A DNA stretch of 64,000 bases, taken from the NCBI GenBank assembly GCA_051746405.1, contig JBNJFB010000005.1:1993-65992 (forward strand). Direction: 5' to 3'. Shown in pieces: positions 1 through 10,818 of this stretch. This DNA is from Campylobacterota bacterium (GTDB lineage Bacteria > Campylobacterota > Campylobacteria > Campylobacterales > Arcobacteraceae). The number at the start of each line of letters is the position of its first letter. The stretch's first letter is position 1. The notes below the pieces were generated by a model. That model ran no database searches. It was not told the DNA's origin and worked only from the letters and a program-made list of their open reading frames with translations. The position numbers and the translations under genes are program-made.

Positions 1-411
1 TGTAATTTTTACATCATGCTCATAAGTTGGATCCTCTTCAACACAAACCATCTCCAACTCAGCTAATCTATTATTTACTTCATCAGTAAACTCAGCTGCC
101 ATATAAAGCTCTTCTTTCTCTTTTGTAGCATCATACAGTCTTTTGTTACCTAATAACACTGTATCAAATAAAGAGTAATCCTCATATGCATATTGGTTCT
201 GTTCTAATGTACCAAATTTTTTGCCATTTTGAATCTGAACTTCACCTTCTGTGGCATCTTCAATACCTGCTAAAACTCTTAAAAAAGTAGTCTTACCTGC
301 ACCATTTGCACCTATAAGACCATATCTTTTCCCTTGATCTAATTTTAAATTAATATCTTGAAATAACACCCTTGGTCCGAATGCTTTTTTTAAATTGACT
401 ACTTGTACCAT
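1..411 (-). CDS. ABC-F family ATP-binding protein, N-terminal part (runs off window start)
   Basis: Not in ORF track. Hand translation from ATG at 411: MVQVVNLKKAFGPRVLFQDINLKLDQGKRYGLIGANGAGKTTFL..., Walker A GANGAGKT, typical ABC-F N-terminus. Confidence 0.9.
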   Translation of the reverse strand, partial: MVQVVNLKKAFGPRVLFQDINLKLDQGKRYGLIGANGAGKTTFLRVLAGIEDATEGEVQIQNGKKFGTLEQNQYAYEDYSLFDTVLLGNKRLYDATKEKEELYMAAEFTDEVNNRLAELEMVCVEEDPTYEHDVKIT

Positions 412-500
412 ATAAATAAATCTCCAAATCTTTAGTATGCGTGATTATAACAAAATTAGCCTGATTTACAATTTATACTTGTAATTTTATTTTTATTAAA

Positions 501-3251
501 CTATATATTACTATATTCTTGAGTTTTTTGAGGTAATTCAATAGTAAATTTTGCTCCAAAATACTCTTTGTTTTGATAATAAAATTTACTATTTTCTACA
601 TTTATATTTCCCCTTAAGCCCTCAACTACTAAAGAGTATGTCATATGAAGCCCCAAACCTGTACCTTTTGATTGATGTTTTGTAGTAAAGTATGGGTCAA
701 ATATCTTATCTGTAATATCTTTTTTAATTCCCCCTGCACTATCAACAATCTCTAAATATGCAAACTCATTTTTTGTATAACTTTTTATTAATATAATTTT
801 ATTCTCATAATCACTAGTTTCTTTTAAGGCATCATTTGCATTATTAACAATATTGATAATACACTGAACAAGTTCATTAATATTACTATAAACCCATACA
901 TCTTTTTGAAACTCTTTGACTAAGGTAATATTATAGTTTTTAAAAGCTGACTCTAAAAGATGACATGACTTTTCTACTGCTGAATCTAATGTAAAATGAC
1001 TCTGTATTCTCTCACCTTTTAAAAAATCTCTAAAATCATCAATTGTTTGAGAAAGATACTGTGCATTTTCATTAATCATATCACAGGTTTTTAAAAGATG
1101 CTCATCTTTAAGTGCATCAACCTCTTTAAGCATCTTAACTCCTGTTGCTCCACTAGATATAACTGAAAGTGGTTGACGCCATTGGTGAGCTATATTGGCT
1201 ATCATTTCACCCATAGCTGCCATTTTTTCAGAACGAAAAAGTTGCTCTTGAATTTTCTTACTTTTTTCCACTTCTTGACTTACTCTTTGTTCAAGATTTT
1301 GATTTAGTTGTGTAAGCTGTTTTGTTTTAGAAGCAACAGTTTTATGAAGTCTTCTATTCCAGTATGCAAAAAATAGAATATGTAAAACTGCAACGCTTAT
1401 AATACTAAAAATCAAAGACCAATCTATCTCTTTTTTGATAATTACTTGAGTCCATTTGTGAAATATCTCATCACGTTTTTTCTCATCAATACTTTGAAGT
1501 ACTTTATCTAAAATAGAAATTAACTCTTTAGGCATATCTTTAGTAGTCGCCATTTTTAATTCTAAATCAAAATCAAGTTTTTGAGATATTTTAATGTGTG
1601 AATAATCTTTTTTCTTAATATAATATTGTGCTGTAACTACATTGGCTACAAAATAATCAAACTCTTTATTTAATAGACCCTCAAAACCCTCTTGTGTAGT
1701 TTTTACTGATACAAACTTTTTGTTTGGATAACGTTTTTGTAGAATATTTTCAAATATATCATCTTGAACTACTGCTACTTTACTATTTTTAATAAGCTTA
1801 TTTTGATTTTTAAATATTTTTGTTTCATTTTGTCTCTCTACAAATACTACAGGTATTTTATAGATACTATTTTTTGTAAATCTAAACTGTTTAGACCTTT
1901 GTTTATCGTATGCCATACTACTTATCATTATATCTTTAGACTCTTTTGCATAATTTAAGGATTTTGACCATGAATCAAAATGAATAGGCTTAAAATTTAA
2001 AGAGGTTTTTTGCTTTATGATTTTAAGTAAATCAGGAATAATACCATCATGCTCCCCAAGTCTATTCTTCCAGTCAAAAGGGTCTGCATTGGGATCATAT
2101 ACATATGAAATATCTGGTCGTTGATGTAGAAATAAACGCTCATTTTCAGTAAAATATATTCCATGTTCACTTACCGTTTCCATCCAATAGCTTGTAATTT
2201 GTTTTTTTTGCTTAGAAGTTATACTTTTAAGCACTTGATTAATAATATCAGCTAACATAGGATTATCTTTTTGCACAGCCATATGTAGCGATTTTCTTCC
2301 TCTCTCTTCCAAAAGAGAATTTAGTTTAAGATTTTCAATCTTAGCTTTTTTAATGTTATATTGTGTTGAGCTTGAATCAAATATAAAAGCATGGGTTTCA
2401 CCACTTGAAACTGATTGCAGACACTGTACAATACTCATTTTCTCAACAATCTGTATTTGTGGATGATTTTTTTTCAACCAATGAGTTATTGCAAAACCTT
2501 TAGCACTAGCAACTTTTTTGCCATATAGCTGTTTAATATCTTGAATCAAAGGAACATCTTTTTTTGTAAAAACATACTCATACATACTATAATACGGTAT
2601 AGAAAAATTAGCTTTTTTCGTACGTTTTTTTGTTTTATACAAAGCAGGTAATAAATCAATCTCTTTTTTGTCAAAAGCATTTTGCAAAGTATCCCAATAT
2701 GTGTACTCTTTATATTCAAACTTCAAACCTGTATATTTTTGAATAAGTTCCAAATATTCATAGGCCATACCACTATAATTACCATTTTCATCTACAAAAT
2801 CATAAGGTGCCCAGTCTTGTTCTAACCCCACTTTTATTATTGGATTTTCTGCTATCCATGCCTTTTGTGCAAAACTTAGCTGTACAGTTTCATTGTAGTA
2901 AACTTTTACTTCCCCTATTACTTCATCTTTGTAAATAATAGGAGAACTTACTTGTTTATACTCATTTACTTTAGAAGTAATGTCTTTATTATATGAATTG
3001 TCTAAACGATAATAAGTAAACAACTCTTTATTTTCAAGGTTTTCTGTGATTATTAATGCTTTAATATCCTCATTTTTCTTAATAAATGACTTTAAAATAA
3101 GCGGTAGTTGCCTTTGGTCTAAATGATAAACCGCATTTGCACTAAGCATAGCAGCACTTTGAGCTTTTTCGTAAAATTTATCTTGCGTTATAGATATGGC
3201 TGCATTACATTCAAAAAAGATCAACAAAAGTAAAAGAAGTGTTTTTCTCAT
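501..3251 (-). CDS. Sensor histidine kinase with two periplasmic amino-acid-binding (PBP2-type) domains
   Basis: Two GLEQDWAPY/DPFDW-type binding domains, TM helix, H-box IAHQWRQPL, N/G boxes (NNANDA, DSAGG, FDPYFTTK, GTGLGL). Confidence 0.9.
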   Translation of the reverse strand: MRKTLLLLLLIFFECNAAISITQDKFYEKAQSAAMLSANAVYHLDQRQLPLILKSFIKKNEDIKALIITENLENKELFTYYRLDNSYNKDITSKVNEYKQVSSPIIYKDEVIGEVKVYYNETVQLSFAQKAWIAENPIIKVGLEQDWAPYDFVDENGNYSGMAYEYLELIQKYTGLKFEYKEYTYWDTLQNAFDKKEIDLLPALYKTKKRTKKANFSIPYYSMYEYVFTKKDVPLIQDIKQLYGKKVASAKGFAITHWLKKNHPQIQIVEKMSIVQCLQSVSSGETHAFIFDSSSTQYNIKKAKIENLKLNSLLEERGRKSLHMAVQKDNPMLADIINQVLKSITSKQKKQITSYWMETVSEHGIYFTENERLFLHQRPDISYVYDPNADPFDWKNRLGEHDGIIPDLLKIIKQKTSLNFKPIHFDSWSKSLNYAKESKDIMISSMAYDKQRSKQFRFTKNSIYKIPVVFVERQNETKIFKNQNKLIKNSKVAVVQDDIFENILQKRYPNKKFVSVKTTQEGFEGLLNKEFDYFVANVVTAQYYIKKKDYSHIKISQKLDFDLELKMATTKDMPKELISILDKVLQSIDEKKRDEIFHKWTQVIIKKEIDWSLIFSIISVAVLHILFFAYWNRRLHKTVASKTKQLTQLNQNLEQRVSQEVEKSKKIQEQLFRSEKMAAMGEMIANIAHQWRQPLSVISSGATGVKMLKEVDALKDEHLLKTCDMINENAQYLSQTIDDFRDFLKGERIQSHFTLDSAVEKSCHLLESAFKNYNITLVKEFQKDVWVYSNINELVQCIINIVNNANDALKETSDYENKIILIKSYTKNEFAYLEIVDSAGGIKKDITDKIFDPYFTTKHQSKGTGLGLHMTYSLVVEGLRGNINVENSKFYYQNKEYFGAKFTIELPQKTQEYSNI

Positions 3252-3994
3252 TTATATTTGCCTTGAGAAGACTCTTCTATCATCTTGGACACAACACCAT
3301 TTGATTTAATCAAAGCAAGACCTTTATTGAACTTAGATATAACTTCTTGGGCGTTTGGATGTTGCTTAGAAACCATTAAGTAAGCATCTTTTTGAAAAAT
3401 AGCTTTTTTTGAAAAACTTATCTGTTTTTTTTCACTTAAAGAGAAGTTTTCATCTATTAATGTTTTAGCAACACTTTTAGCACATAAAAAAGCATCAAAC
3501 TCATCTTTTTTTAAAACTTGACGTAGTCCCGCTAAATCAGAATTTACCACATGAACTTGGATTTTACCTTCTAAAATCATATCATCTATCTTTTGAGAGT
3601 AAGAGTAACCTCTTGTAATCCCAATTTTGTAATTACTTAAATCTTCTATGGATTTTATCTTTATATCTTTATCTTTTTTAAAAATAAGTATATTTTTGAT
3701 TGAGAAAACTGAGTCTGAATAGTAAAAATCTTTTTCTCTTTTATGGGTTTTAAGCCAAAAACCAGATGCATCAGCTTTAGCAACTTTAGCTACATAGTAT
3801 GCTCTTTTCCATGGATAAAAAGAGAAGTCCACGTCAATGCCAACTTGTTCAAAAGCTTTATGAGTAATAGCAGGTGCTACACCATAATCCTTAAGACTTT
3901 GTGAAACCCAAGGTTTCCACTCTCCTGTTGATACTACAAAATTTTGTGCAAAAGCAACACTTGCAATAAGTAAACTAATAATAATATATTTCAT
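3248..3994 (-). CDS. Periplasmic solute-binding protein (family 3)
   Basis: Signal peptide; TGEWKPW and PWKRA, GITRGYSY motifs; overlaps kinase start by 4 bp. Confidence 0.8.
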   Translation of the reverse strand: MKYIIISLLIASVAFAQNFVVSTGEWKPWVSQSLKDYGVAPAITHKAFEQVGIDVDFSFYPWKRAYYVAKVAKADASGFWLKTHKREKDFYYSDSVFSIKNILIFKKDKDIKIKSIEDLSNYKIGITRGYSYSQKIDDMILEGKIQVHVVNSDLAGLRQVLKKDEFDAFLCAKSVAKTLIDENFSLSEKKQISFSKKAIFQKDAYLMVSKQHPNAQEVISKFNKGLALIKSNGVVSKMIEESSQGKYK

Positions 3995-4158
3995 GACTTG
4001 TCCTTATTATAATTATACTCTAGTGTTTATTTAACACTCTTAAAGTAATCAAGTAAATTTAAATAAATAAGTTATAAATTAATAAAAGATTGAAAATGAT
4101 ATTATTTTGATACTTTTTTTTTGTATAATCTTTTTAAATTAATTGGAGTAACTAGATT

Positions 4159-5733
4159 ATGCAAAAAATCAACTATAGATTTACATTTATTCTTATTTAT
4201 ATAAGTTTTATTTTATTTTCACTACTTTTACTAAAATATATTTTTGAACAAAATAGTTTGAAAAATATAGATGAGATATCAAAAGATAATATTGAAATAA
4301 AAGTTGAGGGGAACACTAAAACTATTGATGAAATAAAAATAGTTTCAAAGACAAAGCTTTTAGAACTAATAAAGCAAAATCAAGATAATCAAAATAATAT
4401 ATATTTTATAATAATACTGATTTCATTTATTTTTCTACCTGTTGTATTCTATTTTGCAAAAATACCTGAGAGTTTAAAAGATAAGATTTATGAGCAAACC
4501 GTAACGGACCAATTAACAAATCTACCAAATAAACAGCATCTATTGAAGGATTTAAATCAACACAAATTTTTAGATGCAGCTATTATTTTAGTAAATATTG
4601 ATAACTTTGATAAAATCCAAACAGCATATGGCTATAAAATCTCTGAAAATCTAATAATAGAAATATCAAAATATTTAAATGAGTATAGTAAAACCCATAA
4701 AAATTTTATAAAACTCTATAAAGTATCAAAAAATAGTTTTGCACTTAAGTATGAAGTGATTTCTAAATCAAATTTTATAGCTATTATTGAAAACTTACAC
4801 AAAGATATAGAAAATAATATATTCGAACCTGATAAAAACTTTGAGATATTAGCTAACTGTACAATTGCATCAAGTGACCCTGTAAATCTTAATAATGATT
4901 TAAATGAACTAAAAGAAGCAGAGCTTGCACTAAGTAGTGCTTTAGAAAACTCAAAAGAGATTAATATCTATGATAATGATGATTTTAATAAAATTGAAAA
5001 AAACAAAAAAAATATAGATATGGTAAACAAAATAAAAAAAGCAATAGATACAAATAATGTGATAGTTCAATTTCAAGCAATATATAATAACTACCATGAA
5101 AAAACTGATAAGTATGAGACATTGATAAGATTGAAAACTAGAGATGGTAAAATAGTATATCCAGGAGAGTTTTTAGATATAGCTAAAGATATAAAAAAGT
5201 ATAAAAAATTAACCATGATAGTTATTGAAAAATCCTTTGAGTATTTCAAAGATAAAGATTATGAGTTTTCTATAAACTTAAGTATTGAAGATATTGCATC
5301 TAAAGAGATTAGAGAGTTTTTATATAAAAAAATTGCACAATATAGTGTTAATGATAAGTTAGTATTAGAAATAGTTGAATCAGAAGCAATAGAAAACTAT
5401 GATGATTTTATTGATTTTATAAAAGCAGCTAAAAAGCTAGGGTGTAAGATAGCTATTGATGATTTTGGAAGTGGTTATTCAAACTATTCATATATTGTGA
5501 AGTTTAGTGACTATATTGACTATCTTAAAATAGATGGCTCACTTATTTTAGGACTTCATGAAAATCCTAAAAGACAACTTTTGGTTGGAACACTAAAGTT
5601 TTTATGCGATAATTTAGATATAAAAACAGTAGCAGAGTTTGTTGAAAGTAAAGAGCTATTTGAGTATGTTAAATCTATGGGCATAAACTACTCACAAGGT
5701 TTTTATATAAGTAAACCCCAAGATGAAATATGA
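4159..5733 (+). CDS. Membrane-anchored degenerate-GGDEF/EAL c-di-GMP phosphodiesterase
   Basis: Two TM segments; GGDEF position reads KVSKNSF; ETLIR, EIVESE and DDFGSGYS EAL motifs. Confidence 0.85.
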   Translation: MQKINYRFTFILIYISFILFSLLLLKYIFEQNSLKNIDEISKDNIEIKVEGNTKTIDEIKIVSKTKLLELIKQNQDNQNNIYFIIILISFIFLPVVFYFAKIPESLKDKIYEQTVTDQLTNLPNKQHLLKDLNQHKFLDAAIILVNIDNFDKIQTAYGYKISENLIIEISKYLNEYSKTHKNFIKLYKVSKNSFALKYEVISKSNFIAIIENLHKDIENNIFEPDKNFEILANCTIASSDPVNLNNDLNELKEAELALSSALENSKEINIYDNDDFNKIEKNKKNIDMVNKIKKAIDTNNVIVQFQAIYNNYHEKTDKYETLIRLKTRDGKIVYPGEFLDIAKDIKKYKKLTMIVIEKSFEYFKDKDYEFSINLSIEDIASKEIREFLYKKIAQYSVNDKLVLEIVESEAIENYDDFIDFIKAAKKLGCKIAIDDFGSGYSNYSYIVKFSDYIDYLKIDGSLILGLHENPKRQLLVGTLKFLCDNLDIKTVAEFVESKELFEYVKSMGINYSQGFYISKPQDEI

Positions 5734-5751
5734 CTTTTGAGCTCTTTTGAA

Positions 5752-7248
5752 TTAAAGCTCTACTTCAAAAGCCATTTTTATTAAATCACTTTCAGTTAGC
5801 TCATCTTTTGTTCTTGTTTTAGGGTATTTGATTTTTAAAACTTTTTGCTTTAAATCATCTAAGTGATACTTTTGTAGGTTTTTAATCAAAGTATCATTTA
5901 TCATATCTTTTTTAAGTCCATCTGTTTCTAACAGCCTTGTGATAGCATTTTTTAGATTTGCTTTTGTTTTCTCATAGAGTTTCTCTTCTTCTGTTAGTGA
6001 AACATAGATTTTATCAAGATACTCAGTGACTGCAACTCCTTGATACTTATATGTTGTAACTGAGTTATAAACATATTTTTGAGCTCTTATATTTGGTACA
6101 AATACGCCTGTAAAAATAGAACCTTGAATGGTATTAATTCCATCTAAGTCTGTCAAAGGATTATGGGAACATATAAAGTCCTCTTTTACTATTGAGGGTG
6201 AGAATTTAAGGGAAGTTATATTGTTTTTTAAAATAATAAAACTACCCTCAACCTGCTTTGGTCCACCTTTTAGTGAAGTTATCTCATTTTTAAAAGCCAA
6301 AAAATCACCATGTACTATTTTTGGACTACCCTCAAGTGAAACTAGCTCATTATCACTTATGTCAAAATTTCCATCTATCTCATTGAAGTTTAGTGGAAGT
6401 TTAGATAAATTTGCTAACTTATCAGAGAGTCTTACGCTACTTTTTACATTTACAGAATTATCACTTAGTATATTGTAGTCTTTTATATCATGTTTATCCA
6501 ACCATCTACTTATATCTTTTTTGTTACTTAATGATACTATTGGTTTATAAACATGTGAAACCACGTCTTTACCTTGATACTTCCAATACTTTTCATCTTC
6601 ATTATAACTACTTGCTAGTCTATTTAGTCTCACATCTGTTAAGACATCCCAACCAATAGTATCTGCAATTCCATCTAAGCTTTTTATCATATTGCTATTA
6701 CAAATATAGTCTTGATGAACAGTAATTGGACCACCATTTAACTCTTTTATGTAGTTATTGGAACAATCAAAATTACCATCAATATATTTAGGTCCACCTC
6801 TTAATGACTCTATCTTGTTATTTGAACAATTGAAATAACCTTTGATAGTTCGGGGACTTCCTTTTATTGAAGTTAATTTATTATTTGAACAGTTAAAAAA
6901 CCCAATAGTCTCTTTTGGGCAGTGTGAAAGAGTTGTTAATAGATTATTTGAACAATCAAAATCACCTACTTTTTTTGGAGCCCCTAATAGTGACTCTAAC
7001 TTATTATTAGCACAATTAAAATCTTTACCAACTGCTTCAGGACAACCCTCAAGTGACTCAATAGCATTATTACTTATATCAAAATACCCATTTACAATAT
7101 CAAACTTAACAGGTAGTTTTTTTTCATTTGTTAATTTTTCATGTAAATTTACACTACCATGAACTGTCACATAAAGTTCATCAGAGATAGTATAGTTTTC
7201 AATGGCATTTTCATCAAGCCACGCTTCAACTGCAGAAATACTTCGCAT
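5752..7248 (-). CDS. Hypothetical protein with two modules of 22-aa LRR-like repeats
   Basis: Repeats of type SLxGxPxxVxGxFxCSxNxL in two blocks, each preceded by a WLDxxxIxxYxI header. Confidence 0.75.
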   Translation of the reverse strand: MRSISAVEAWLDENAIENYTISDELYVTVHGSVNLHEKLTNEKKLPVKFDIVNGYFDISNNAIESLEGCPEAVGKDFNCANNKLESLLGAPKKVGDFDCSNNLLTTLSHCPKETIGFFNCSNNKLTSIKGSPRTIKGYFNCSNNKIESLRGGPKYIDGNFDCSNNYIKELNGGPITVHQDYICNSNMIKSLDGIADTIGWDVLTDVRLNRLASSYNEDEKYWKYQGKDVVSHVYKPIVSLSNKKDISRWLDKHDIKDYNILSDNSVNVKSSVRLSDKLANLSKLPLNFNEIDGNFDISDNELVSLEGSPKIVHGDFLAFKNEITSLKGGPKQVEGSFIILKNNITSLKFSPSIVKEDFICSHNPLTDLDGINTIQGSIFTGVFVPNIRAQKYVYNSVTTYKYQGVAVTEYLDKIYVSLTEEEKLYEKTKANLKNAITRLLETDGLKKDMINDTLIKNLQKYHLDDLKQKVLKIKYPKTRTKDELTESDLIKMAFEVEL

Positions 7249-7285
7249 TATAAACCTTCGAAATAAAAGTTATTTTATTAATTTA

Positions 7286-8755
7286 TTATACCAAATTAAA
7301 AGGTCTATAAACCTTAATATTTTCATACCCCTCTTGGTCTCTTAAGTACTGTGCATGCAACTGACTTAATATACCTTTATCACAATAAAACAAATATGTC
7401 TTATCTTTTGGGAGTTTTTTAAATTCACCTTTTAGTTTATAAAAAGGTATTTTTATAGTCTCACAAGCTGCTTTTATACACTCATTTGTCTGTCTAATAT
7501 CCACTACTATATAATCATTACTAGATGAAATATCAGTCACCTCTTCAACTTCTCCTATTTCTTTGATATCATTTGGGATTTCATCAACATTTACTTTTAT
7601 TGCATTTTCAACAGCTTTATGTAATATATTATAATCAAACTTTGCATGCTCTTTTTCTATTCTTTTAAAAGAACCATACGTAATAGGATTCTTTGAAATA
7701 ACCCCACAATATTCAGGCATACTCTCTGCAAATCTTCTTGTTCCTATATCATTTGCAATCTTTATAATCTCTGGTTTATTCATAGTACATAAAGGTCTTA
7801 AAACCAACTTATCAGTAGCTTGATCAATAATTGATAAGTTTCTTAGTGTTTGACTTGAAACTTGAGCAATACTTTCACCTGTAACAAGTGCATCAATTCC
7901 CATTTCATCGGCAACTTTTTGTGCTGCTTTGAGCATAAGTCTTTTTAAAACAACTCCCATATAAGTCTCATGGGTACTTTTAAAAATCTCAGTTACAACA
8001 TCTTCAAAAGGTATAGAGATAAATGAGACTCTATGTGAAGATGAAAACTTAGACCAAAGATATAAAGCCACTTGCTTCACCCCTATTTCATGAGCTAAAC
8101 CGCCTAAGTTAAAAAATATAAAATGTGTTTTAAGACCTCTTTTCATTGTCATATAACTAGCTACAGTTGAGTCAAAACCACCTGACATTAGTGATAAAAT
8201 ACTACCTTGTGTACCTATTGGAAAGCCTGAGAGTCCCTTATATTTATTTGTCACTATATTTAGTTTTTTATCAATTAGTTCAAGATTTATAGTAACATCT
8301 GCATCTCTTAAATCCACACCTTTTGTATCATTATTTGCAAGCATAAAACCACCTACATTCTGCTCAATATCAGTAGATCTAAACTCATGTGTACCTGAAC
8401 GCTTTGCTCTTACTACAAAAGTTCTATTTTGAATCTTATGAGATGTTATCTCATTTACTTTTTGTTTTATCTCATCTAGTGTTGTAATATTGTCATATTG
8501 TAAAACTTCTAAAATAACCTCAATACCAGCTGTATCTTTTAGTTTTACTCTAACTTCATCTACAATCTCTTTTGTACACTCTACTTCAATTTTATCTGAA
8601 AACTTTACTACAGTTATATCTTTATCTAATCTGTTTAATACCAATTTTAGATTATTGTAAAGTTGCCCTATCATTTGTCTTTTGGTTTTTACACCCTTTA
8701 CCATAATCTCTGGAAAGAACTTAACTATAAACTTTTGTCTTTTAGACTCTTGCAT
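7286..8755 (-). CDS. thiI: tRNA 4-thiouridine synthase ThiI with C-terminal rhodanese domain
   Basis: THUMP region, PP-loop SGGFDS, GESIAQVSSQTL, C-terminal rhodanese FYCDKG. Confidence 0.93.
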   Translation of the reverse strand: MQESKRQKFIVKFFPEIMVKGVKTKRQMIGQLYNNLKLVLNRLDKDITVVKFSDKIEVECTKEIVDEVRVKLKDTAGIEVILEVLQYDNITTLDEIKQKVNEITSHKIQNRTFVVRAKRSGTHEFRSTDIEQNVGGFMLANNDTKGVDLRDADVTINLELIDKKLNIVTNKYKGLSGFPIGTQGSILSLMSGGFDSTVASYMTMKRGLKTHFIFFNLGGLAHEIGVKQVALYLWSKFSSSHRVSFISIPFEDVVTEIFKSTHETYMGVVLKRLMLKAAQKVADEMGIDALVTGESIAQVSSQTLRNLSIIDQATDKLVLRPLCTMNKPEIIKIANDIGTRRFAESMPEYCGVISKNPITYGSFKRIEKEHAKFDYNILHKAVENAIKVNVDEIPNDIKEIGEVEEVTDISSSNDYIVVDIRQTNECIKAACETIKIPFYKLKGEFKKLPKDKTYLFYCDKGILSQLHAQYLRDQEGYENIKVYRPFNLV

Positions 8756-8907
8756 TAATAACTACCCTTACATTTTATATAGTTTGCATTATAACATAAG
8801 AGATTTAAAGTTATTTAGATAAATAGATATTTTAAGTGTTAATACTTAATATTATTAAAAATATACATAATTTTAATTATAATAGTTAATACATATATAA
8901 CTTATAC

Positions 8908-8932
8908 AGTAAGTATAGATATTATACTTACT
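8908..8932 (-). terminator. Stem-loop, probable terminator after the response regulator
   Basis: AGTAAGTATA-gatat-TATACTTACT, 10-bp perfect stem; AT-rich, so could instead be an operator. Confidence 0.4.
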
Positions 8933-8944
8933 ATACAAAATGTA

Positions 8945-9697
8945 CTAACTTAATATATTTATTCTATATCCAAAACTATAGATATTTTCTATATCTAATT
9001 GTGGTATTTTTTTTCTAAGTCTTGAAATTATATTTTTCAAGTTTGAAATATCAGGTATTTTATCTGTTTCATCACTCCATAAATATATCAAAATCTCTTC
9101 ATTTGTATGGGTTTTTTCAGGAAATCTTAAAAGCAAATCAATAAGCATAGACTCTTTTTTTGTGAGTTTTATAATCTCTTCATCTACTATTAGCTGCTTT
9201 ATATTTGTATCCCATTTAAGATTTGAAGCTAACATTATAGTACTACTAGTTTTAGTATCTCTATTTTCATATTTATTTAAATGAATATGCCTAGAGACTT
9301 TAAATATGATATCTATAAAATTATCAAAATCGATAGGTTTTAAAATAAACTGAGATATCCCAATATTAACCAACTCCATAAGATATTCAGACTCATTGTG
9401 AGCTGATAATACAATCAAAGATTGGTCTTCATTTTGTTTATAGATTAATTTTGTAAGCTCTATACCATCTAAATTTGGCATCTTTATATCTGTAATGACC
9501 AAATCATAATACTTACCATGCTTTTCATAATAATCCATATACTTTTCAAAGCCCTCTTTTCCATCCACTGCAGTAACAATATCTTTTTGAAATATATCTG
9601 ATAGCAACTCTGTTGTTTCTTTTCTAATACTTTCATCATCTTCTACAAATAAAACACTTATATCTTTTGCATACTCTTCTAAAAGAACGTAATCCAT
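8945..9697 (-). CDS. OmpR-family response regulator
   Basis: Receiver VEDD...DLVITDIKMP...KP plus C-terminal winged helix (ISRLRKK, YSFGYR). Confidence 0.9.
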   Translation of the reverse strand: MDYVLLEEYAKDISVLFVEDDESIRKETTELLSDIFQKDIVTAVDGKEGFEKYMDYYEKHGKYYDLVITDIKMPNLDGIELTKLIYKQNEDQSLIVLSAHNESEYLMELVNIGISQFILKPIDFDNFIDIIFKVSRHIHLNKYENRDTKTSSTIMLASNLKWDTNIKQLIVDEEIIKLTKKESMLIDLLLRFPEKTHTNEEILIYLWSDETDKIPDISNLKNIISRLRKKIPQLDIENIYSFGYRINILS

Positions 9698-9768
9698 ATT
9701 TACCCCATTTAACCAAATAAAAAATTTATATATATTATAATCTATTCAATATTATATAGGACTAATTT

Positions 9769-10818
9769 ATGACAAAAAATATAACTGATTCCACACAACT
9801 AAATCAAATTTTGGATAATACAATAGAGGGAATTATAATTATTAAAGATGGGTTTATTATAAATGTAAATAAATCTTTAGTGAAAATACTTGGATATAAA
9901 CAAAAAGAAGAGCTTGTAGGAAACTTAGCAACAGGTATTTTAATACCCACTTTAAATATAAAATATATAAAATATAATAGTGAAACTTTTCAAGAAGTCT
10001 CATTAATTACAAAAAATGCACAAATTATTCCTGCAATACTAAAAATTAAAAATATAAAACTAGATAATGAGTCCTATAAAATGGTATCAATATTAAATAT
10101 GAGTGATTTAAAACAGAAAGAAAATATGTTAATAGAGCAATCTAGACTTGCAGCAATGGGTGAGATGATATCTGTAATAGCACACCAATGGAGACAACCT
10201 TTAAGTGCAATTGCAAGTATCACCACAAGAATAAAAATGAAAATTAAGATGAAAAAACTTGATATTGAATTACTTGAAGAGAAAACTGATGAAATAAATA
10301 ACTATTTACAGTATATGTCTAAAACTATAGATGATTTTAGAAACTTTTTTGAACCAACAAAAAACAGATCAAAAACAAATCTTTTTGAGCTTATAAATGC
10401 ATCAGTTAAAATACTAGAACAATCTTTTAAATCTGAAAGTATCAAAATCACAATTGAACAGAAAGATTTATCAGATATATATGTTCACAAAAATGAAATA
10501 GTTCAAGTCTTTATAAATATTTTAAATAACTCAAAGGATGCATTTATAGAAAATAGTACAAAAAATGCAAAAATCAATATAAGCTTTGAACAAACAAATG
10601 ATACCCAAACTGCTATTATAAAAGATAATGCAGGGGGAATCAATAATGATACTATTAAGAAGATATTTGACCCATATTTCTCTACAAAAGACAAAAAAAA
10701 TGGTACAGGGTTAGGTCTATATATTTGTAAAAATATTATAGAAAAACATGCAAATGGGAGTATAAATGTTCAAAATGAAACTAATGGAGTTTCATTTAAA
10801 ATAACTCTTCCTAAATAG
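9769..10818 (+). CDS. PAS-domain sensor histidine kinase
   Basis: N-terminal PAS, IAHQWRQPL H-box, NNSKDA, DNAGG, GTGLGL. Confidence 0.9.
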   Translation: MTKNITDSTQLNQILDNTIEGIIIIKDGFIINVNKSLVKILGYKQKEELVGNLATGILIPTLNIKYIKYNSETFQEVSLITKNAQIIPAILKIKNIKLDNESYKMVSILNMSDLKQKENMLIEQSRLAAMGEMISVIAHQWRQPLSAIASITTRIKMKIKMKKLDIELLEEKTDEINNYLQYMSKTIDDFRNFFEPTKNRSKTNLFELINASVKILEQSFKSESIKITIEQKDLSDIYVHKNEIVQVFINILNNSKDAFIENSTKNAKINISFEQTNDTQTAIIKDNAGGINNDTIKKIFDPYFSTKDKKNGTGLGLYICKNIIEKHANGSINVQNETNGVSFKITLPK

